Below, piece by piece: positions 28,196 to 39,909 of a stretch of 64,000 nt of DNA. Both the position numbers and the translations under genes were made by a program. The DNA lies in the NCBI RefSeq assembly GCF_002105155.1, contig NW_019028994.1:682001-746000 (forward strand), given 5' to 3'. The notes below the pieces were generated by a model that ran no database searches, was not told the DNA's origin, and saw nothing but the letters and a program-made list of their open reading frames with translations. The number at the start of each line of letters is the position of its first letter. The stretch's first letter is position 1. The DNA comes from Lobosporangium transversale. Lineage: Eukaryota.

Positions 28196-31100
28196 TATTT
28201 CTTAAAGATTTTGTGTGAAAGTAAAACGGGTAACAATGGAAAGAAGATAAAGAAGATAAAGAAGATAAAGGCAACGTTGTAGCATTCAATTGGTGTTTGG
28301 TTTTGTGTAGCATGAAAACCTTTCTGTTCCACCAGCTGCAGTTAGCACGCCATTTTTGTTTTTTTGTGAAGAGGCAATGAAGGGTGACTACGGCTGACAT
28401 CTTTTTTTAGGCATGTGCATATACAAAACTGACAAATGTTTGAATGAGGATTATCCATTCTGTAGCTGTGAGTAATCAAGCTTTTATTGATGCTCGAGAT
28501 TCTGAGGTAGCAGTGCATGGAGGAGCACTTGGTTATGCAAGTTAAAAATTTTAATAAATTTTAACAAGTATGCTGAAATATCGAACCAGCATGCTGGAAA
28601 AATAAACCAGCATGCTGGAAAAACGAACCAGCATGCTGGAAAAACGAACCAGCATGCTGAAAAAATTAACCAGCACGTGCTTGTTCTCAAAAATCGCTGC
28701 TGCTTCGCTTCCAGCTTAGATCACTGCTGCCTGGCAACAATAATAAAAACAACTTTGGTCTCCTTGACTCGCGACCACATAGAAAACATCTCACACCATA
28801 CCGAAATGGTTAGACAACGGAGTTATCGTTGAGGTACCTAAAGGCAATCCCTACAAAAACTCTCTCACGCTTGCAGCAAGGAAAAACTTAGAAGGTGAAA
28901 TTATTAAATACAGAGTCTGTCTTGACCCAAGAACGCTGAACAAGCAGCTCGTGGATATTGATAACTTTCCTATCCCTATCATTTCCGAAATATTGGAACG
29001 AGCTGCAGGTCATAAGTATTTTACTACAATTGACTTGTCACAAGCATATCATAGATTACCTCTGGATGAGAAAAGCCAACCCTACACGGCATTTAAGCAT
29101 ATGAACAAACAATATATGTTTGCTCGTGCTCCTTTTGGGTTGAAGCCTATGACCAGTATATTCCAAAGAGGAATGTCTCAATTGCTTGGAGATCTTCACT
29201 TCGTTAGCGTTTATGTTGATGACATTGTCATTTTCTCCGACAGCATTGAAGAGCACACTGAACATGTCAAATTGGTGATCAAACTATTGACAAGTGCCAA
29301 TCTGATTATCAATAAGGAAAAAAGCAATTTCTTCCGCATGGAAGTTTTGTTGCTCGGGTTCGTCATCGATGCAAATGGTAGAAGGATTAATCCAGAAAAA
29401 GTTGCTGATGTTCAATCATGGGCTCCTCCCACCGATGGCAAAATGGTACAAAGATACCTTGGGATGTTTAACTACTTCAGAGAATACATACCCCTCTTTA
29501 GTACTTTGGCAGCACCTTTGGATAAATTGAGACACGTCAAAGGACACTTTACACTTGGTGATTTAGAAATGCGTTGTTTTAATCAGTTGAAACAGCTCAC
29601 CGTATCAGCACCTGTATTGTCATTCCCTGATTTCTCTCAGCCCTTTTATGTGGCCACTGACGCGTCCAATCTAGGCATTGGCGCAGTGCTTTACCAATTA
29701 CCAAATGGTCCTGAAGATGGAACCAAAGTCAATTATATTTCTTTTATGACTAGAGCTTTAAAGAACCACGAACGCAACTACCCAGCATATAAGAAAGAAC
29801 TTTTAGGCATTATCTAAGCTTGCAAAAAGTTTCACTACTACTTATGGGGTCGCAAATTCACCCCTATACACTGATCACAAACCACTCACTTATATTCATG
29901 AATAAAAGGAACTTTCTCAGATCTTAGCGGACTGGAGAGAAACCCTTCTCAGCTATGATTTCCAATGCATCTACAGACCTGGATTGCTGAACATTATTCC
30001 TGGTGCGCTATCGAGAGCTTTTCCTGATGAATTATGGGCCCGAGAAAATAGTCCGACCCATCCAGAGTCTTCTCAATCAGAGTCTACAAGAGTATCTGCA
30101 GTATCAACAAGATGCAGCTTACGTTCCATTGACACAACTGATCCTCCAATAGTTACGCAATCAGCAGATCTTATTCCAAGGATTGAAAGTTTTAATACTT
30201 CTTTACCTTATGTGCGCCAGATTCAAGATCAAGAAGTGCAACGAGTGACGCCTACTGATCAGCAAAAGCAACTTTTGAAAGATACACACAGCTTTGGACA
30301 TCTTGGCATTAATGCTATGGTTGTATCATTGCAGCAGCAAGGGTATAACTGGCCCAAAATGCGTGAAGCCTGCAATCAGTGGATAAGACAATGCTCTGCT
30401 TGCCAGCACTATAATATCGTGCGTAAAGGCTATCATCCACTCAAAGCGATACATGCTACTCTACCAGGCGAGCACATAGCCATTGACCTAGCCCAATTTC
30501 CTGTCAGTGACGCAGGCAACGAATACGCTCTTCTCGCCGTAGATGTATGCACGAGGTTTGTTTTTATCGAACCAATACCTAATCGGAATGCGGTTACTGT
30601 CGCCGCTCGCCTTTTCAAATTATTCTGCTCCATTGGGTTCCCTAAAATTATCCAGAGTGATAATGGGACTGAATTTGTCAACTCTGTTGTCACATCGTTA
30701 ACTACCAAGCCTAAGATTGATCATAGGCTTACAACGCCTTATCATCCTCGGGCCAATGGATTAGCAGAACGTAATGTCCGTACCCTTAAAGATCTCTTGC
30801 AGAAATCTATTCAAGGCGAAATCATTAAATGGGATGACCAGCTTCCTATGGTCCAGTTACAAATGAATACTAGAGCTTCCAGCCTTCATGGCTCGGCGCC
30901 TTTTTCGCTGTTTTATGGTCGATCTTTCGCCGGCATATCTGACTTCTAGGCATCGGAATCACGATTGCTATCTGAATCAGAATTGAATGAGCGCTTAAAG
31001 TATCTTACTGACCTTGTATTCCCTGCTATTGCAGATAAGAGTACAGCCTCGCAGCAGAAGATGGTGGATAAATTCAACTCAAATCATTTTATAACTGACT

Positions 31101-31801
31101 TCCCTATTGCCGCTTATTTGATGATCAAAGTCCCCTTGACTAATAGTACATTTGATAATAAGTACATTGGGCCGTTTCAAGTCGTGCGCTGCACTGTTCG
31201 TGGTACCTATGTTCTCCGTGACGCGATGAGACAACTACTACCTCGTAATTTTGCTCCTGAACAGCTTAAGCTAGTGGATCGACCACTTGATGCTTCGGAT
31301 GATGCCGATGATCATTATGAAGTCGAAGCTATCTTGAGTCATGAAACTTCTGAGGGGGGGGAGAGACACTGTACACAGTTAAGTGGTAAGGATATGACGA
31401 TGAGCACAACTCGCAACTTAGGTACGAAGACTTTGACTCCAAAGCAATGATCAATAAGTACTATAAAAAGCTTAATCAGTAAAACCCTCATATGATTGTC
31501 AAAATGGCTAAGAGGAAGCAACCCGCAACAGTTGTAGAGTCAAGGGTTCAGAAAAGACATAAGAACAGAAAGTAGAAGCAAAAACGAATGAAGCTTCACT
31601 GAGGTTTTTGTACGCATATCTTAACAAGCATGAACGTTTTCCTCATTTTCCTTCAAAGAATTTATTTATTTATTTAATCAAACAAGAAGGTTTTTATACT
31701 TTTCCTTCGATACTAATTATCCTAATAGGAAGATTTTATATAGTTTCCTTCCAAGCTTTGTAAGCACTCGCTCTTACCTGGACGCTCGTCTGGAGGAGTT
31801 A

Positions 31802-31940
31802 TGTTGCGATTAGCAGTCATTTATATGGGTTTTTACTATAGCTAAGATTTTTACCCTTTTTATTTAACGAAGATCCCAGGATCATAATAAACACATCTTT
31901 CTTTCGTTCTCGTTACTTATTATGATCCTGGCATATTTCA
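31802..31940 (+). repeat. 3' LTR of the gypsy element (139 bp)
   Basis: TGTTGCG...TTTCA, preceded by GGAGGAG; contains AATAAA; second copy at 38656-38781. Confidence 0.85.
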
Positions 31941-32643
31941 CCAAGAAAGCACTGATACAAAAAATTATTGTTCGCGTCTGAACACTTACAATATCAGTAA
32001 CAGCTTCTTGTTCTTGGAATGAGGTATTAGACATGCTCATAGTGGGATGAATGTAAGGTGAAGAGTGGATGTGCACACTTTCGATTGTGTGGTGAAAACA
32101 AGAGAGTTAAAGAGATGAATAGTGTTTGTGTATTTAAATAATACATGTTCTGTCACACTCGGGGGCCAATTTAATCTTTAATCGCATGGCGTCTTGTGCA
32201 ACAAGAAAAAAAAATTTCTCACACACACAGCATAGCCCAACCTTGAAATAAAGGAACAAATTTATCAATTGTCGCTCCTTTCTTTAACTTGCTTCACTTC
32301 ATTTTTGCACTCTCCTCTTCCTTTTCTTCCTTTATCCTCTTTTCACTTTTTTCTTATTTCCCCCCAGTTTTGCTCCCTTCACATATCTTCTCCTCTTCCT
32401 TTTTCATTTATTCCAAGCTTTCATTCATTGCCTTTCCTTTCCTTTCCTTTCCTTTCCTTTCCTTCCTTTTTTTTTTTTTTTTTTTTTCTTTTCCTCCCTC
32501 ATCTTCATCTCCACAGCTTACATTGTCACAATTTTGAACCATCCTGCTACTGACTTACCATACTTAACAATTTGATCAAACTTTTCCTGTTTTCTGTCCT
32601 CCGTCCATTTACACCCTTGTTTTTAAACAGTTTTGAAACCACA

Positions 32644-35618
32644 ATGGGAAGCTCCAAATCGTCACCACGACAATCACCTCGACATAATCCGTTAGGAGCG
32701 AACGAAGGAAGAAGCATCAGTGGATCTAACACCCCCAAGCCAATCGATCTAAAGATTTTTTGCATTATCGAGGGAGAAGCAACTTCTTTTTCTGTAAAGA
32801 TTCTTTCCAATTGTTCAGTCGATGAACTCAAGCAAGCCATCAAGGCAGCGAAGAAAAATGCGTTTAAGGACTTCGATGCTGACCAGCTCACGCTCTGGAG
32901 AACAGTCAACCCCAGGAGAGATAAGGACAATAAAGTAGATCTTGATGGCACCGTTGAAAAGACAGAGCTCGATGACGAGAGGGCACTTCTTTCTGAGCTG
33001 GACGAGCTGACCAGCCGAAGGACATATGTTATTGTCAAGCTGCCGCCGCCAGGTATGTATTTAGCTCTTGATGGACTGATGGCTGTTGATATTTTTAATT
33101 GACGAAGCTTATTGTCATTCATGACGTCATTGATGTAATTCAAAACAGCTCTTTATGTTTGAGATGTATCATGGCTAAACTATCTAACCAGGGGCGGCTT
33201 TGGATTTCTTTATAAAAAGAATTTGAAAAGTCGCCCCATGTTTCGTGCCTATACTCTGACTCTCACTGTCCTCTCGCGAGTCTTTTTACTTGGGCTTATT
33301 TCGGCTCCCCACTGCCCTATCGCATACAAGTACTTTTATCAAGGCCCTATCTAACTATCCTCTTGTTTGTTTATTGCGTGGATTTAAACAGCCCCAAGAA
33401 GTCCAAAAAGGAGCCTAGAAGACATAGAAGACGGAGGTTCAGAAGGTGAGTTCATCCCGCTCATAGTTTTGATGATTCTTGAGGAAGTTTGTTTATTTCA
33501 TACTCACGTCAGTCTCGCTATTCTTTTATGCTCAAAGAGCACTTTACAAAGCGCCTTCGCCCCTCGGAATCCCGAGAAGTTTATACTTTAGCCAATGGGC
33601 AGACAGTATCTTTACCCAAGTTCATGATAGATATGCTCAATGAGACCAGCCTCCAGCCGGAAAGTCGCTTGAATTTCTCATCACTGAAGGATGTTAAGGT
33701 AGGCGAAGAGGTCGAGATAAGAAGCCTTGGTCGTAGCCCAAAGTTCTTTGGATTAGCTAGTCAGAATCTCCTTGTTACCGAGCAGATGATGGAATTATGG
33801 GAAGCGATGACCGAGTCTAAGTTTCCGTTTACAAAATGTTTGTCTGGCCCCATGGGAGTCGGGAAGTCCTATATAACCTGGTTTCTTGCCGCTAAGGCAT
33901 ATGCTCACGGCTGGCAAGTTCTTTACATCCCTGATGCAAAGAACTTTTCTGTCTGTAGGGCGGAAGATGACGCATCAGCAATAATTTGTCAGATCTTCCT
34001 AGATCTCAATAAGGATATCTTGACTGCAGAAGAACTCTCCATCATGGCAAACCTTGAAAGCAGTGGATCACTTATTTCAACTATTGCTAGGCATATAATA
34101 TGCTTATTCCAACGAGGACGTCAAAAGACTCTCTTCATCGTCGATGAGCATGGTTCTTTGTTTTATGGTGACAAAGCAGCAACAGATAGGTTTCCTGTCC
34201 TGTCTAATCTGGATAGCTTCAACACTTGGTTAACAAATGGTGGTGGAGTATGTGTTGTGTTTACGGGCACTGCGCATGGCAAGTTTGAAAGGACCATCCT
34301 CAGGGATCCAGACGAATATCTCGTTTATGTCGAACCTTTATCACAAGATACATTCGAAAAACTATTCAAAATTACCATTGCTCCCTTCGATTTGACATCT
34401 CAAAAGAGCCTCATGAGCCGCATGAACGCAATTATCGGGATTATCAACCGAGTGCCACGTGATTTGGTCAGATTCGCCAAATCAATTATGCTCATAAAAG
34501 GAGGACAGCTCACGGTGGAACAGATCGACGACGGTTTAGAAGCATACGACAGAAAATGCTTCGATTCCTATTCCAATGAAATATCGGCTCATTTGAACAA
34601 GCTCGAAGGAATCTGGAAGGAAATAACTATCCAAGCGCTGACAAAAATGTTCTTACCTGGACGTCAGGGCTCACAACCGGGAACTTTTGGATGGGAGTTC
34701 CTTGATACGGGGATGGTTTATCGGTCGACTAACGAGAGAAATGTGCCTGAATACCGTCCCATTAATTACCCTGCACAAAGAGCGATATTGAATTTATACA
34801 GAGTCATCCCATTGCCAGATTCTCTTCGAAGTGTACTTGCTTCTGGTAATTTTGATGGGAGCCAATTTCAAGAGGCCCTATTTCGGGAGCTTATTAGAGG
34901 ATATTCTCATACATTCGAGTCAACAGATCTTGCAGGCGGAAACAAGATGGATACTATTTTCAACATCTCGGGATACGAGCTATTAGGAAAGCCACCAAGG
35001 ATGCTTGGAACTGTAGAAGAAGATGGCAAAAGGATCCTGATAAACGGAGGCTCGTATGCACGATTCGATTTTATATTGGGCTACATGTTCATCCAAGTGT
35101 CGGTTAGTTCGTTCACGGTCCATAACGACCCAAATCGCTCAACATGCATTGACAGGGCATTTTGGAAAAGGAAGACCACAGGCAAGAACCAGATTGAGGA
35201 ATATTTGGATGTTGCATTTGGTGGTGTTCACCAAGCAACTATGACTGAAGAGCCTGCTGATGACAAGAACGACAATATAACCAGCAATAACAAGGGAAAG
35301 AGCAATAGGGGGAGAGGTAACAACCAGAGCGATGGCAAAGGAACCAATAACGGAGTTAAGAAAAGAAAGAAGGGAAATGATGAGGGTAGTGATAACAAGA
35401 ATGGTGAAGGGAGCAGTAAGAAAAGAAAGACCGTCAAGAAGTTTGCGGTCACAAGAGATGGAAAGCCCTGCAATGACTTTCAAATTGTCTACATCTGTGG
35501 TGGAAATAAAGCTGATAAAAATGCAGAGCCTCCTAATCACACAGGCAAAGTCACCGAATATCCTCAAGTCAGACATATATGCTACGATGAACTCAAGTCG
35601 AAGTTATTTCGGGCTTAA
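32644..35618 (+). CDS. Crinkler (CRN)-family protein: ubiquitin-like header + P-loop NTPase + REase-like nuclease; exons 32644-33052, 33392-33445, 33538-35618
   Basis: Header IFCIIEGEATSFSV..VDELKQAIK..DADQLTLWR..YVIVKLP; Walker A GPMGVGKS; Walker B FIVDEH; FDFILGYMFIQVSVS; basic NLS-like runs; splice phases consistent. Confidence 0.88.
33181..33248. repeat. about 68-bp imperfect palindrome, copy 1 (in CRN intron 1)
   Basis: GGGGCGGCTTT...AAAGTCGCCCC stem; direct repeat of 35812-35880. Confidence 0.85.
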
Positions 35619-35811
35619 ATGTCGTAGTCACCTAAATCAACTCGAAATTTTGGACAGTCAATAAAAGACTTGTATTATACATCTGCATCACAAAAGGCGC
35701 TATTTCAATCGCCATTGCCGATCCACTCAAGTATCCATTCATTCATTCATAGCTATGGGAGCTGTTCTGTTCAAAACTGTGAACCCGTTTCATTGCTCCA
35801 CCTCGGTGAAA

Positions 35812-35880
35812 TGTTTAGCCGGGGACGACTTTGGATTTCTTTATAAAAAGAATTTGAAAAGTCGCCCCCATGGTCCGTGC
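35812..35880. repeat. about 68-bp imperfect palindrome, copy 2 (downstream of CRN)
   Basis: GGGGACGACTTT...AAAGTCGCCCCC; core CTTTGGATTTCTTTATAAAAAGAATTTGAAAAGTCGCCCC is identical to copy 1. Confidence 0.85.
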
Positions 35881-36539
35881 GCGCCATAGAGATCCTCGCT
35901 CACTTGTTAAGGCGACTGTTCGATGCTTGTTGGTTTTCCAAATCTGCTCTGATTTCACCGCAATCTAGCGGAAATGATTAGCATCCCCTGAATAGCTGCC
36001 ATCCAAAGGGACTAACTTCGAATGGACAGGATTTACTGTGTTGTTCAAAACAATAAAACTTGACTGAAAGTCTGCTAATCCTCAAACTATGAGGCAAATA
36101 ATGCCTCTGAACGCTTCAATAGGATTATGGCGAGCTTTTGGGGTGCAGAAAAGACAAGATTGTCTCTTTTGAGCAATGAAGGATATAAGATTTGTTCCTT
36201 GGAGGCACACCTTTTTGAAACCACGCTTGTTGCTAGTAAAAACACAAATGGTTCCCGTTTTCCGCATAATTTCAGCGCTTCCACAATCCAAGGGCTGTGA
36301 TATAGCCATTAATTGCTACATGTTTGTCGAAGTATTGACACATCCCTTGCAAAAGTTCAGATGTATGCTAAGAATATTGTTTAAGGGACGTAGAGTAGTC
36401 AATAGCATGTGGCAGTGTTCAGGTGTTTATACAGTATCAAATGGAGTCCGAACAGTCGCCATAGCAAGATGTTGTCTTAGGAGAATCTTTTCGTTGAAAT
36501 CCAATTCCCTGACGAGGATATCGCGAGTTAAACTCTCGG

Positions 36540-37320
36540 CTATAGCTCTGTAGTGTTGCTGTTCCATTTCGACTCACTTGAAGTTAGCCATTCTCGTTAT
36601 GCCTCCTCTTGCATATATCGCATTGCCCAGATTGAGCTCGTCGCAGCTTGTAGGTCCCACACTGGCCATCATAGTGTATTCTGTACAGATTCGTATGCTT
36701 GTACTGCGTAAATATTCTATGTACAACAATGAAAATGATAGGCATGGGCAACTGGCAAGGTAATATCATGACTTTAGATGCATATCCAAGTGCTGATGAA
36801 ATCAACCGTATGTGGTTACGCTAGCGCCTTGGGATCCTGTTGGTACCTGAGGCTTTGTCCACTTTGGGCTGAACATCGGTGATGAAAAACTCTGCATCCA
36901 TATTGGTGCCATGGGGCACGGATGAAACGCCTGATCGTGCCATTGCGTTTGCAGCTTCCCAGACACCGGATCCCCCTACTCTTGCTATGTACGCCCATGT
37001 CAATGTAGTCGCCTAGACTGTCCTTATATTGATCTTGCTTAACCCTTGGAACCTTGAAGTGCCACATGAATTTAGGCACATGCTGGTTGTTGTTCTTAAA
37101 GATAGGTTGATATTGTATAACAATGTGTAGTGACGCCTTAGACTTGGGTGATGAACTTAGGACTCGGGATTGATCCTCCGACACTGGGCATTCGGATGCA
37201 TATTGGATACGTTGCTGAAGGAATTTCTCGAAAACTCGCTGCTCAAGCTGTAGGATCTTTTCTCGATTCTCGACAGGCGGTTTGAGAGAGGTTTGTAAAC
37301 TCATAAAACGATCTCTTGCT
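36540..37320 (-). pseudogene. degenerate AEP primase-polymerase (PrimPol/UL52-like) with C-terminal Zn-finger remnant
   Basis: RSFYEF, motif II KASLHIV, motif III IDMGVHSKSRGIRCLGSCK, then CDICKRRHNEN. Motif I (DxD/E) is not seen; frameshifts and stops present. Confidence 0.7.
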
Positions 37321-38155
37321 ATCGGGAGAAAGGCGAGAATTGTGAAGTAGATTCAAATGTTAGAATAATAGATGTCAATGCAGGTGATGGAAACAAGAGA
37401 TGATTGGTAAAAATGAGGCTAGTGATTTGGGTGTGTGTGTAGGGCCGATTAGAAAGCGCCATCCCGTTTGTCAAAAGGGTAAGTGGATAGTGATGGCTTC
37501 GTTCATAAAGGATGAACGATTGTAAAGAATACTCAATAGATATGGTATTTTCATTACAAGACAAAATTCCTTTCACTTGACTGACATTCGACTCTTTTCT
37601 TCATGCTTGAACCTTGGCGATCCTCCTGCATATGCGGTATTGATGTGAGTTTTTATGACACACTGTCCCGCATGTTTTAAATATCTAGGTGTTGCCTTAA
37701 CATTCTGATCATTGTTGGTAACGAGCTTCTGAATCTTAAGCTTGACGTGTATGTCGCCTGGGGCCATGGAACAGAGGAATGTGATATTGTCACTTTTCTC
37801 CGAGGTTTGATCGGTTTCTCTTCAAGCAGGATCCAGTAATATTATCGATTATCTCCTTGAATGATGCTTGCTTGATCGGATGTTCCTCTGATGTGACCTG
37901 GAATGGCTTGTCGGGTTCCAACACAAAACTTATGGGTGGAAAGATAGGAATAGACAATAGAAACAACTTGCCACTTGCTTGAGAAGATTCCGATAATGCA
38001 GCTGCTGTAGCAATCCGCTTGGTGTGCCCACTTCTCCTTGCTCAGGTTTACTGAATAGTGATATTTTAATTTATCTATTAGTGTAATATTACAAAATTGT
38101 GTCTGTGCCATTGTCATAAACAATGGCGAGTAAAAAGAAGTAAAAGAAACGATCG

Positions 38156-38422
38156 CTACTTTTTCCTTGGTTTCCTATCCCTGCTTGACCTATTGGACTT
38201 GTCGTCCTCCGCTTGAGTCGACTCACTTTTTCTTTTATTTGATCCGCTGGCTTTGCTCAACTCTTCCTTATTTTCCATAGCTTGAGCTTTATTGACAATT
38301 CTCTTTGATGTCCTCCTTGCCTGTGGTTCTTTGGGCTTGCTTCCTTCTCCCTCATCCTCCACAACTCGAGTCAATTCTGGCTTCTTGAGGGACTCCCTTG
38401 CACTTTCAAGGAAGTTCAACAA
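38156..38422 (-). pseudogene. charged low-complexity ORF fragment of unknown origin
   Basis: 88-aa K/E/S/R-rich open frame with no ATG. Confidence 0.3.
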
Positions 38423-38655
38423 GCTAGTATTGAGTACATCGTTTCTATTCGTTTGTCTTTGATGACAGGGACCTCTTTGACTTTAGCTACTGAATAATCA
38501 CCCTGTTCGTGATAAGACAACATGATAAGGCAACGTGATAAGTAAGGCCTAAACAACAGCAACAAGGATATGTCATTCGGGCAAAAGCCGGGTAGAGAGG
38601 ACGGTGATGAGAGGTGTTCTTTGATGCAATTAAGGCAAGTTGTATTATGGGCATC

Positions 38656-38781
38656 TGTTGCGATTAGCAGTCATTTATATGGGTTTTTACTGTAGCTAAG
38701 ATTTTTACCCTTTTTATTTAACGAAGATCCCAGGATCAGAATAAACACATCTTTCTTTCGTTTTCCTCCTGGCATATTTCA
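38656..38781 (+). repeat. LTR of the same gypsy family (probable 5' LTR, small internal deletion)
   Basis: Near-identical to 31802-31940; TG...CA; no matching TSD on its flanks. Confidence 0.85.
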
Positions 38782-38843
38782 CTTTTTTTAACGTAGAAAG
38801 ATAAAACCCTTATTAAGCGGGGATGAGGACCTATTCATACTAT

Positions 38844-39499
38844 TCATATCATCTCAACTATCATTTTCCTCATCATATTTACATATTTATCATACAACCC
38901 GCAATTTCTTTCCTTTGCGATTTCTACCACTACGACGAACAGTAGGGTAGGAGAAGGAATGGATTTCTTCAAAAGTTCTATATCAATTTCCAAACTCAGT
39001 ATCCTCTCATCCTGCTCTTTAACCCGCTTGCAGAGGGCCCTGACAGTGTCCTCAAGACGTTCCTGCGTCGTCTTGCTAATGCGCTGACGACGCCTCGAAG
39101 GTTCAGCCTCTTCATCATCGGTCTCACTGCGGCTCCTTCGACCGAGCACAGTCTCAGTGGCACTGGAAGAAACGGCATGAGTGGAAGAACCGATCTCCAA
39201 ACAAGGGGATCGAGAGATATCCCTCAACCCCTTCTCTAGCATACGCTGGTGTCGATTGTATTGCTCAAAGGCAGGATCAGCATAAGGATCCAAACTGAGT
39301 ATGGGATCCTTCCTGGGCTTGAGAATCCTCTTACGTCCACGTTCCTCCTCACTTCCACTACTCTCCTCAGCGCCGGTCAGTGAATAATCAAGGGTGACAA
39401 GGTTTTCACCCTTCTCCTGAACAGATTGATTTTTGGCCTTATCCTGAGCAGCGGAAGAGGTGGAAAGGGTTTTAGGGGAAACAACGCTGGAAGACGAGT
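38844..39499 (-). pseudogene. orphan gene A: disordered N-terminus + C-terminal coiled coil, start codon not found
   Basis: Frame is open from about 39499 to 38844; heptad LEDTVRALCKRVKEQDERILSLEIDIELLKK. Confidence 0.45.
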
Positions 39500-39909
39500 G
39501 TTAAGAACTTGTAAAAAGTGTATGTGAAGTGTTGGAAGTGCCAGAGTGTTAAGGTCAAAAAGTTTGAGGAGTGAAATGAGGAATGGAGGAATGAAAAATG
39601 ACAAATAATTTATAATCACAATCATCCATCCATCACCATCCATTCTCCATTCTCATTCGCCATGAAAAGACGATGGCGTGATCCTCAGCTCTAATGGACC
39701 AATGAATGATTGAGATTTTGACATGCGTAAAAAAAAAAAAAAAAAGAGAGAGCTTTACAAATATTTTGCCTGTGCTCGCTCCATTCAAACACTCCAAACA
39801 CAAAACAAAGCTTATTTGCTCTCAGCGATACTCTTGATATGTTTCTGCACTTTCAATTCAGGAACAGCTCACTTCCACACAGTTGCATTATTGAAATATT
39901 TATTTTAAA

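Larger units (their letters stand above)
24949..28726 (-). mobile_element. hAT DNA transposon with 340-bp terminal inverted repeats and a 7-bp TSD (CTGCCTG)
   Basis: TIRs at 24949-25288 and 28387-28726 are near-identical; ends TAGTGATC / GATCACTG; CTGCCTG at 24942-24948 and 28727-28733; internal hAT transposase. Confidence 0.93.
24837..28798 (+). mobile_element. probable solo LTR of a second family (177 bp net: 24837-24948 + 28734-28798), split by the hAT element
   Basis: TG...CA ends, flanks CACCG/TACCG (5 bp, 1 mismatch), TATA-like TAATAAAAGG followed by AATAAA; it interrupts pol between EVNTT and KWLDNG. Confidence 0.55.
24159..31940 (+). mobile_element. Ty3/gypsy (chromovirus) retrotransposon, 5'-truncated: protease-RT-RNaseH-integrase-chromodomain-3'LTR, degenerate and interrupted
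   Basis: Aspartyl protease LLDSGS..FLIGMD (24281-24836); RT YRVCLDPR, IDLSQAY, YVDD; RNase H ATDAS; integrase HHCC, SDNGTEF, NGLAER; chromodomain YEVEAIL; stop codons and frameshifts; purine tract before the LTR. Confidence 0.92.

Noticed and set aside
24842..28803. Self-splicing or spliceosomal intron explaining the pol interruption
   Set aside because: No sense-strand GT-AG pair that restores the frame, and no recognisable group I/II core.
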